Virus record (IMG/VR): IMGVR_UViG_3300050821_013430
Location: 1-64,000 of that record
Strand: one strand, 5' to 3'
Length of the DNA: 64,000 nucleotides
The notes beneath the pieces are model-generated. The model did no database searches and was not told the DNA's origin. It was given only the letters and a program-made list of their open reading frames with translations. The translations under genes were made by a program, and so were the position numbers. Shown piece by piece: positions 9,934 to 17,162 of the stretch (position 1 is its first letter; the number at the start of each line of letters is the position of its first letter).

Positions 9934-10296
9934 TTATTCCTTTTCTTTTTCTATTTCCGGATGCACGATCACCTTGAAATCGGGATCGTTTTTCGCATCC
10001 TTGAAGACTTCGCGCCAAGTTTCCAAGTCTTGAGTCGTAGGTTTGGTAATACCCTCTAATGCCTTCTTGAAATCCTTCAATTCTTGCCTCTGTTTATCCA
10101 ACATTTTATTGGTCATTAATTCTCTGTTTTCTTCCGGAACAACCGAAGCGATGTCTTCCAATCGACTTAGTTTGATATCTACCGCTTCTACCAATAGTTT
10201 GAGAAATCCCTCAAACGAATTAGTATCCATCATCACCATTAGATGATTGAGATGCGGCAGTTGTTCCTGCATTTTGTAAAATGTTTTGTAATCCAT
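9934..10296 (-). CDS. Hypothetical helical protein
   Basis: 120 aa, coupled to the upstream ORF. Confidence 0.6.
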   Translation of the reverse strand: MDYKTFYKMQEQLPHLNHLMVMMDTNSFEGFLKLLVEAVDIKLSRLEDIASVVPEENRELMTNKMLDKQRQELKDFKKALEGITKPTTQDLETWREVFKDAKNDPDFKVIVHPEIEKEKE

Positions 10297-10481
10297 TAGA
10301 CTTCCTTGATGGCCGAAATTGATGCTATATCAATTATGGTTGATTTGGACATACGAGAAGTACAATTGAGAATTACAAAATCAGCCTCTTGAGTTTCTTT
10401 GAGAGTACCCTCAAACCAATGACCATTTATAAAAATATATATTTCTTTGCCGAAATATGTTGATAGTGTTGTGAAATTCAT
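10296..10481 (-). CDS. Small Sm/LSm-like beta-barrel protein
   Basis: LSTYFGKEIYIFINGHWFEGTL...DFVIL...IIDIASISAI. Confidence 0.6.
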   Translation of the reverse strand: MNFTTLSTYFGKEIYIFINGHWFEGTLKETQEADFVILNCTSRMSKSTIIDIASISAIKEV

Positions 10482-10693
10482 TTTGCTACCTCTTCTGCTG
10501 GTGCGTCATCTGCCATCCAAAATCCTACTACCTTGTCTGCATCTACATAGTGTTTGCAAGACTTCTTAGTACTGAGAACCAGGTGGTTTTCTCCGACACT
10601 GACCAGTTTGCCGGTTAGTGCGGCACTGCTGCCCATAACTTGCAAGTTGATTTCCTTACCTTTTAGATTACCGTGAAATAATGTTGTTTGCAT
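10478..10693 (-). CDS. Small Sm/LSm-like beta-barrel protein
   Basis: LKGKEINLQVMGSSAALTGKLVSVGENHLVL...HYVDADKVVGF. Confidence 0.6.
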   Translation of the reverse strand: MQTTLFHGNLKGKEINLQVMGSSAALTGKLVSVGENHLVLSTKKSCKHYVDADKVVGFWMADDAPAEEVAK

Positions 10694-10698
10694 TGTTA

Positions 10699-10932
10699 TT
10701 ATCCTTGTTTAGTTTCATTTAGTTCATAATGATCAATTTGCGATACTCTAATGGCGACCATTATTCCAGCACACCAATCAGCTTTCATCAAAATGGCAGG
10801 TGAGAAGCCACTATCTTCTGCCATACCTAACTCACCTATAACGGCTTCAACATCGCCAATTAGGCAGCTACCATCAAATGTATGAACTCTGAGATTCTTA
10901 CCTTCTAATCCATCGAAATCTTGCTTTTGCAT
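10699..10932 (-). CDS. Small Sm/LSm-like beta-barrel protein
   Basis: LEGKNLRVHTFDGSCLIGDVEAV...AILM...VAIRVSQIDHYE. Confidence 0.55.
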   Translation of the reverse strand: MQKQDFDGLEGKNLRVHTFDGSCLIGDVEAVIGELGMAEDSGFSPAILMKADWCAGIMVAIRVSQIDHYELNETKQG

Positions 10933-11809
10933 TTACTTTCTCCTGTCTTGTTATATGTCTTGTTATATGTCTTGTTCTATTTGAACCTTCAATAATATTA
11001 AGTTTAGCCGAATATGGCCGCAAATTTTCGAGGGCCCAACATTTCTTGAAATTTTCCTCTTTCATATTTTTATATGGTAAATCGGATTGAGGAATGATAT
11101 GATCTAATTGCCAAGTCCAAGTCGAGGAGTCATTATCATCCCAAGTTTTAGCATTATATCGACCGTGATTTTCCCAAGTCATCCAAAAGTTTTTGTCTTT
11201 CCATTGGCTTTCGATATGAAAAGCTAGACTATCAGGAGTCCAATCCACAAAATCAAGAAAAGAATAATTATTTTTGGAAGAGCCTATTTTGTTCAGAGCG
11301 GCATTCACCATTCTTGAAATATTTACCCTGATTTTATATACTGGATCGTTCTTTTTCTTTTCTCTTTGCCATTTATTATAAGATTGTGTAATTTTCTCTC
11401 TATTATCTTCCCTGTATTGTTTTTTATATCGTTTTGTTCGTTCTCTAATTTGTGGCTGCGCGCGATACTTCTTATCTTTTGCAAGAATTTCTTCTTTATT
11501 ATTACTATAATATGTGCGTTTTCTTATACTAATATAGTTATTGTTTTCTTTCCTATATTCTTTATTATATTGATCTATCGATTCCTTATTTTCAGCATAA
11601 TATTCTTTTTTCTGTGTAATAATATTTTCACTGTTATGAGCATAATAATTTCTATTCTTGGCCAAAATAGTTAATTTATTTTTCTTATAGAAGGCCTGTT
11701 GATTTAGTGCAAGACATTCTTTACATTGACCGGTTAGCCTCCCGGTATCAGATCGAATTCTAAATTCACTATTTTCTTTGGTCTCTTTACACTGAATACA
11801 TTGTTTCAC
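10898..11809 (-). CDS. Free-standing HNH homing endonuclease (family copy 1)
   Basis: CxxC...CxxC, basic helical Y/K/E repeats, WTWQLDHIIPQS...KCWALENLRPYSAKLN. Confidence 0.85.
   Translation of the reverse strand: MKQCIQCKETKENSEFRIRSDTGRLTGQCKECLALNQQAFYKKNKLTILAKNRNYYAHNSENIITQKKEYYAENKESIDQYNKEYRKENNNYISIRKRTYYSNNKEEILAKDKKYRAQPQIRERTKRYKKQYREDNREKITQSYNKWQREKKKNDPVYKIRVNISRMVNAALNKIGSSKNNYSFLDFVDWTPDSLAFHIESQWKDKNFWMTWENHGRYNAKTWDDNDSSTWTWQLDHIIPQSDLPYKNMKEENFKKCWALENLRPYSAKLNIIEGSNRTRHITRHITRQEKVNAKARFRWIRR
10944..10976. repeat. 12-bp tandem repeat (tgtcttgttata, about 2.75 copies) in the HNH gene tail
   Basis: Visible directly; encodes TRHITRHITR. Confidence 0.8.
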
Positions 11810-11811
11810 TG

Positions 11812-13173
11812 TTATTTTCTCCGATCTACTACCGTATTCTGTACAAGTTTTCCAAACTGACTAGACTTTTGGGAAATACGATCCTTTATTTTTTGAGCGG
11901 CGGAAACATTTTCTTCGGTACCAGTTTCTAATTTGAGATTTAGATTACGAGTCTCGTCCTTGATTTTGGATTTTTGCACTAGTTCGCGGGCATCCTTTTT
12001 CAATTGATCTATTCTATTATCAGGAAGCGATAGTCCCGAAAACATTGAATATACTTTCACTACATTTTCTGGAATATCAACTTCATAAATTCCCTTGAAC
12101 ACTCCCTTTGGGGATGAACATAAATCATTTACCATTGCCATTGCATAATTTACACTAGAACTTGGAATTTCTTTCCAAACTTTAGCATTAGCTACGATGA
12201 TCGCTCCTACATATTTGGCTTGTTTCAAATCGAAACCACTAGCTAAAAGATTATTATTTAGATTATCAATCACGGCTTTTGCAATTGACACTTCATCCTT
12301 ATAGTCTGGCACTGTTAGCTCACCATAAACACTTAGTCCCTCACCATCGCACAAAAGTCTGGCAAACTCAGTAGGGTCTAATCCTTTTACGCTAGAGGGC
12401 ATTGCCGAAAAAGTATTGAAAACATCTAGTGGCTCTACAATAGTTTTGTTGGCTACTTGGAAAAATTCCATTTGAGAAACGCCACTTAGAATTGTTTCTA
12501 ACTTAGCATTATCAACGACAATAAGATTAGCGATCTTTTTGTCTCGAGCCATTCCTGCAAGCTTTGATAATGTTTCTAATGCATTAGCTTTTGTTTGCGT
12601 ATCATCTGAGTCCATCGGAAGAACCGTCAAAACTACCAGTGGTTTATTGGTTTCAGTAAGAATATCTACTAGAGTTTCACAAGAACCGGCCCCACTTCCA
12701 CCACCGAGCGATAGACACAAAACATTGACCTGAGAACGAAGCAACTTATCATTGATCATTTGCGCAATATCTGAACGGAAAGTCTCTGCAGCGGCTTTAC
12801 CAAATTCTAAATCTTTTGCTGCGCCACCGAGCCCATATTCTAACAATAACTTATTAGAATCTGGCAAATCAAGAAATTTTAGGTCTTGATTGGCGGTATT
12901 GATTGCTATAGCATCATATCCTAATTTAGAAAAGGAAACAGCAAGTCTCCCACCGGCTTGACCGCTTCCCACTACACCTAAGTTTAGACTTCGCTCTTTC
13001 TTTGCTACAATTTTCGCTGACATTCTCTGCTCCATTTGTTTTGCTTGACTTTGGGCCTTTAAGGCCACTAATTTACCGGCATCGACCGACGCAGGTTCGG
13101 AAACCTCAACGGTAGAAATATCATCCACTACTTGCTCTGGTGTGATTTCTTCGGTAATTGATTTTGCTGTCAT
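11812..13173 (-). CDS. Tubulin/FtsZ-family GTPase (PhuZ/TubZ-like)
   Basis: GVVGSGQAGGR (T1), AINTA, GGAAKD, signature SLGGGSGAG, VVDN, T7-like GLDPTEF. Confidence 0.88.
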   Translation of the reverse strand: MTAKSITEEITPEQVVDDISTVEVSEPASVDAGKLVALKAQSQAKQMEQRMSAKIVAKKERSLNLGVVGSGQAGGRLAVSFSKLGYDAIAINTANQDLKFLDLPDSNKLLLEYGLGGAAKDLEFGKAAAETFRSDIAQMINDKLLRSQVNVLCLSLGGGSGAGSCETLVDILTETNKPLVVLTVLPMDSDDTQTKANALETLSKLAGMARDKKIANLIVVDNAKLETILSGVSQMEFFQVANKTIVEPLDVFNTFSAMPSSVKGLDPTEFARLLCDGEGLSVYGELTVPDYKDEVSIAKAVIDNLNNNLLASGFDLKQAKYVGAIIVANAKVWKEIPSSSVNYAMAMVNDLCSSPKGVFKGIYEVDIPENVVKVYSMFSGLSLPDNRIDQLKKDARELVQKSKIKDETRNLNLKLETGTEENVSAAQKIKDRISQKSSQFGKLVQNTVVDRRK

Positions 13174-13184
13174 TTGTTTTCCTT

Positions 13185-13192
13185 TATATCGG
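13185..13192 (-). promoter_or_regulatory. SSGATATA motif (CCGATATA) upstream of the tubulin gene
   Basis: Same motif recurs in 8 intergenic gaps. Confidence 0.55.
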
Positions 13193-13202
13193 TTGAATCA
13201 AT

Positions 13203-13231
13203 AGTGTAATAAATAATAATTAGAGTGTCAA
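13203..13231 (-). promoter_or_regulatory. Sigma70-type promoter TTGACA-N17-TACACT
   Basis: Perfect -35, 17-bp spacer and 4/6 -10, in the gap upstream of the tubulin gene. Confidence 0.7.
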
Positions 13232-13242
13232 GAGGCATCAAT

Positions 13243-14169
13243 TTATTGTAATGCCCATCTGTTAGTCTCATACCAGCCAACAGTCTTTTCCAGCCGTTCC
13301 TTGAATTTCAATTTAGGAGTCCAATCCAAAGATTTAAGTTTGCTCCCATCCATACTATATCTAAAACCAACATCTGATTTTTCGGTAAAAGAAATCAAAT
13401 GATGTCCACGTCCTAAAATATTGCAAATATGATTGGCAATTTCTAAATTGGAAAATTCTTGCCCTGCCGAAAGATTGTATACCTGCTCTGAATGCTCTTT
13501 TTCTAAGACGGTAAAGAGGGCGGAACAAATCTCGGAAGTATGTAGCCAATCTCGTAATTCTAATCCTTGATTGTACAGGGTAATCGTGGTTTCATCCAAA
13601 ATACTCTTGATGGTATGAGGAATGAAACAATAACTACCCTGCCGAGGGCCAAATCCTTTAGCCAGCCTTACTATAAGGTATGGTAGATTTTGACTTTTTC
13701 CAGCGGCTTGTACCAAAAGTTCGGCCGCTGCTTGAGAGGCCACGAATTTAGTGATGGGAATCAATAAGTCATTTTCTTTGGAAGGATGTGCGTTTTCATC
13801 CGAAAGGCTTCCATATACTTTGCCAGTAGAAAGGTGAATCAATCTTTTTGTTTTCCATCTGAGGCAAGCATCAATAACTTTTTGAGTTCCCAATGCGTTA
13901 GTTTCAATAGCATCTTGCCCCTTAGAAAAAGCTCCGTGAATAACAATATCTGGTCGCTCATATTCAAAAAGAACATCCAAAAAATGTTCATCTAAAACAT
14001 TACCAATATAAAACTGATAATTTTTACTGACATAAAGATTACTAAGTGCTAATGAATTTTTCACTCTATCTACCCCAATAAAAGAATATGGAAGTTTATA
14101 GTGAATAGCTTTTCTTATTAGATTCTCGCATATAAAACTACCAGAACCCGTGATCAAAACTTTCTGCAT
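13243..14169 (-). CDS. dTDP-glucose 4,6-dehydratase (RmlB)-like extended SDR with degenerate catalytic motifs
   Basis: KVLITG...PDIVIH...TNALGT...LST.KVYG...FGPRQ...FIP...RDWLH...YNL...RYSMD.SKL..L.W.P...L.KTV.WY..N backbone. Confidence 0.8.
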   Translation of the reverse strand: MQKVLITGSGSFICENLIRKAIHYKLPYSFIGVDRVKNSLALSNLYVSKNYQFYIGNVLDEHFLDVLFEYERPDIVIHGAFSKGQDAIETNALGTQKVIDACLRWKTKRLIHLSTGKVYGSLSDENAHPSKENDLLIPITKFVASQAAAELLVQAAGKSQNLPYLIVRLAKGFGPRQGSYCFIPHTIKSILDETTITLYNQGLELRDWLHTSEICSALFTVLEKEHSEQVYNLSAGQEFSNLEIANHICNILGRGHHLISFTEKSDVGFRYSMDGSKLKSLDWTPKLKFKERLEKTVGWYETNRWALQ

Positions 14170-15200
14170 TAGAATCCTACGCTGATATTAGCCCCTAACA
14201 TTACATTGCCGGATGGATCAATTTGAACTGATGGTCCAACATAGGTATTATTTACTAATCCTTTTGGTAATAGGGCTCCGATATTATAATTAGCGGGATT
14301 GACAATCAAAGATACATTGTGCGTATCAGTCTGATAACTTGCGCCTAATTGCAAAAATGACCAGGAAGGGTTTGGTTTCGACTGCCCATAACTCATAATA
14401 CCTAGAGTTCCGCCCGCATTGAAAGAACCCGTTAGTGGCAGAGAGCTTACGCCTAATCCTCCCCCTGCAGTCATAAAGAGGCGAGGATTCCAAAAACTGA
14501 ATGAAGCTTGGGGATATTGTTGTAAAGTTTTAGAATTAGTGATTTTGACATCATAGCTTTTATTGGCCACTTTAATACTAAACTTATTGTAAATGGTTTC
14601 TCGTTCCTGATCATCTACACCGACGGTAGTGGTGACATCGTATTCTCGTGGCTGAATAGTGTATTGCCACGGTTTCTCTTGCCAAGCTGAGAAGCCAACA
14701 CTACCAAAAGGTATCGTAGTGCCATCACTAAACTGCTCATTCAATTGTAATGTTTGCGTATTATGCAAAAATCCAAATGGGTCAGGACAAGGTAACTGCT
14801 GTCCATTACAAGTAACAGTTTGCGGGGGAGGCTGAGAGTTTGGCGGGGCGGGTGTACTCGATGAGGAAGGAACATTAGTAGCTATTTGACCAGTACTATT
14901 TACCGTGGCCTCGTTGATGGCAGTAAGCTGTGCTCCTAGTTTTTCCATATCAGATTGAATAGTCGATAAATCCAAACTATTTTGTTTGGCGAAAGCAGCC
15001 AAATCATCCTTAGTAGCCCATTGTGACGAAGAACGAACAATATTGTCTTGTAATTGCTGCATTCCAACCATTTGGGTTTGGATAGCCTCTTGTTGAACAG
15101 TTACTTGATGTTGTTGCCATAAGATCACACCGATAGCAATAGCCAGAGCTATGAGCCCCGTATATACTAAAACTTTGGTCAATGTTGGGGGTATAGTCAT
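14169..15200 (-). CDS. Membrane-anchored protein, spanin-like architecture
   Basis: N-terminal TM helix, Q-rich coiled coil, Pro linker, C-terminal amphipathic beta strands ending in Phe. Confidence 0.5.
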   Translation of the reverse strand: MTIPPTLTKVLVYTGLIALAIAIGVILWQQHQVTVQQEAIQTQMVGMQQLQDNIVRSSSQWATKDDLAAFAKQNSLDLSTIQSDMEKLGAQLTAINEATVNSTGQIATNVPSSSSTPAPPNSQPPPQTVTCNGQQLPCPDPFGFLHNTQTLQLNEQFSDGTTIPFGSVGFSAWQEKPWQYTIQPREYDVTTTVGVDDQERETIYNKFSIKVANKSYDVKITNSKTLQQYPQASFSFWNPRLFMTAGGGLGVSSLPLTGSFNAGGTLGIMSYGQSKPNPSWSFLQLGASYQTDTHNVSLIVNPANYNIGALLPKGLVNNTYVGPSVQIDPSGNVMLGANISVGF

Positions 15201-15253
15201 TTATTCTTTCCTATAATAATGAAAGTCATAATTTAATCATGGTTCTAAAACTG

Positions 15254-16018
15254 TCAATCATTTTTCTTTTGATGGCGAGTTCGTCTAATGCCATCTAAAA
15301 TATTTTGTTTTGCGCTCAGTGGGCGAAGATTTTCTAATGCCCAGCATTTCTTAAAATCTTCATCTTCCATTGTTTCGTAGTGAAATTCTGAATGAGGAAT
15401 AATATGATCTATTTGCCAAGTCCAAGTGGAAGGATCATTATCATCCCAGGTTTTAGCATTATATATCCCATGATTTTTAAAATGCATCCAAACGTTCTCA
15501 CCGATCATCTGAGATGCTAAATGATTTAAAAACTCCTGAATTGTATAATCAAGATATTGAATACACGATTCGCCCAATTTAGAGCCACCATTTCTTTTAA
15601 GACCGTAATTAATTGCACTTGACATCAAACATCTAAAAGCGTAAGCAGGATCGTTTTTCTTGCGATCTCTTTCATATTTATTTTTCTGTTCGCGAATAAA
15701 TTCTTTATTTTCCTCTTTATATTTTTTATTATAGATGCTTATAGTTTCTTTATTTTCTTTACGATATTCAGCATATGCTTCTTTATTTTCTTTTTTGTAT
15801 TTTTTCGCGTAAATTTTACGGTCTTCGCTATTTACTTGATAATAATCTTTACCATATTGCCTAATATTTTCTTTATGCTTTTCATAATATTTTTTGTTCT
15901 TGGAATCATGACAATTTTTACAATTGTTTCTATATTTATTTGTATCTTTTCTGAAATAAAATTCATCTAATGATTTATTTAATCCACAAATACAACATTT
16001 TTTAATATTTTCTTGCAT
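15254..16018 (-). CDS. Free-standing HNH homing endonuclease (family copy 2)
   Basis: Start moved to MQENIKKCCICG (ATG 16018) to avoid overlap; WTWQIDHIIPHS...KCWALENLRPLSAKQN. Confidence 0.85.
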   Translation of the reverse strand: MQENIKKCCICGLNKSLDEFYFRKDTNKYRNNCKNCHDSKNKKYYEKHKENIRQYGKDYYQVNSEDRKIYAKKYKKENKEAYAEYRKENKETISIYNKKYKEENKEFIREQKNKYERDRKKNDPAYAFRCLMSSAINYGLKRNGGSKLGESCIQYLDYTIQEFLNHLASQMIGENVWMHFKNHGIYNAKTWDDNDPSTWTWQIDHIIPHSEFHYETMEDEDFKKCWALENLRPLSAKQNILDGIRRTRHQKKND

Positions 16019-16031
16019 TGTATGCCCAAAA

Positions 16032-17153
16032 TTATTCAAACGGAATTTGATCAACAATTTTAGACCAATCATAATGGTCACAGATATTCATTCGTTGTTT
16101 TTCAAGTTCAGCATTCAATAATGAAAAATCTGAATAAGCCTTTCTAAGTTGTTCTATCGCACTTTCCATGTTAGGCATAAACCATTTAGTGCCTCTTTTT
16201 TGTTCCCAATACATACTGGTGGGTTCCGCCTCCACTTCATCACCTTCAATAAGTAATGAGTTATCGGTAGTAAGGAAATCTTTTTGACCGCCATAGTTGG
16301 GACATATATTAACTTTACCGGAAGCGAGACCCTCTAATCCCGGAATATAAAAACACTCTGTATGACTCATAGTAAATACTGCGTCAATACTTCGATATAG
16401 AACAGATATATCATCTATATAATTAGTTATTAACTTTACTTCGGCGTGTTTGGGAAACTGTTTATAAAACGAATTTAAATATTCATTTAAATCTATATCG
16501 AATGTTTGAACGGCTCTTTTAGGTCGTGCCTTTAAAAGTAAACAAACATCATCATCTATTGTAAATGCTTTTCCATAAGCAGTTAATAGTCCAGAAATAT
16601 TTTTTCTCTTATGATTTTGTGCGATATTAGATAGTATTTTAAATTTTTTTTTGGTGGGGAGACTGATAGTCGTGGCTTGTCCAAACTGAGCGCCATTAAT
16701 CCCATGTGAGAGTACTTGCATTTTATTTTTAGGAACACCAGAATTAGCAAATGTTTCCATAGATGATTCAGATGGTGGTAATAATGTATCGCAATATACG
16801 TGCTGTTGAGCAAATCCTGTTGGTAAAGCATTCACTCCGGCCCACTCGTATGACCAAATACCAAAACGATTTTTTTTACTGTGCGAAAGATATCGAGAAA
16901 AATTTTTCATGCAGGTATAACTAATACACGCGTCATAATTAGGGCCCGGCTGATTTCCATACATTTTCCCACTTGGATTACCATCACTATATCCAATTAA
17001 ATATGGCATTAAATCTCGTGGTAAATGATCTATGCCATCGGTAGAGTATAACTTTACATCATGTTGTTTTTTAAGTAGGGCGCGGGCCATTTCTCTACCG
17101 ATCACTCCCCAACTATGATTGGCTCCTAAAAATTGTCTAATTAATATTTTCAT
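16032..17153 (-). CDS. GT-B glycosyltransferase (GT4-like)
   Basis: HKRKNI, SHTECFYIPGLEGLASG (Ex7E), NYGGQKDF, YDW at the C-terminus. Confidence 0.82.
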   Translation of the reverse strand: MKILIRQFLGANHSWGVIGREMARALLKKQHDVKLYSTDGIDHLPRDLMPYLIGYSDGNPSGKMYGNQPGPNYDACISYTCMKNFSRYLSHSKKNRFGIWSYEWAGVNALPTGFAQQHVYCDTLLPPSESSMETFANSGVPKNKMQVLSHGINGAQFGQATTISLPTKKKFKILSNIAQNHKRKNISGLLTAYGKAFTIDDDVCLLLKARPKRAVQTFDIDLNEYLNSFYKQFPKHAEVKLITNYIDDISVLYRSIDAVFTMSHTECFYIPGLEGLASGKVNICPNYGGQKDFLTTDNSLLIEGDEVEAEPTSMYWEQKRGTKWFMPNMESAIEQLRKAYSDFSLLNAELEKQRMNICDHYDWSKIVDQIPFE

Positions 17154-17162
17154 GATATTAAC

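Noticed and set aside
16019-16081. N-terminal 21 codons of the 275-aa HNH ORF in the track
   Set aside because: Overlaps the glycosyltransferase end; paralogues of this type start just before the Zn finger, favouring ATG 16018
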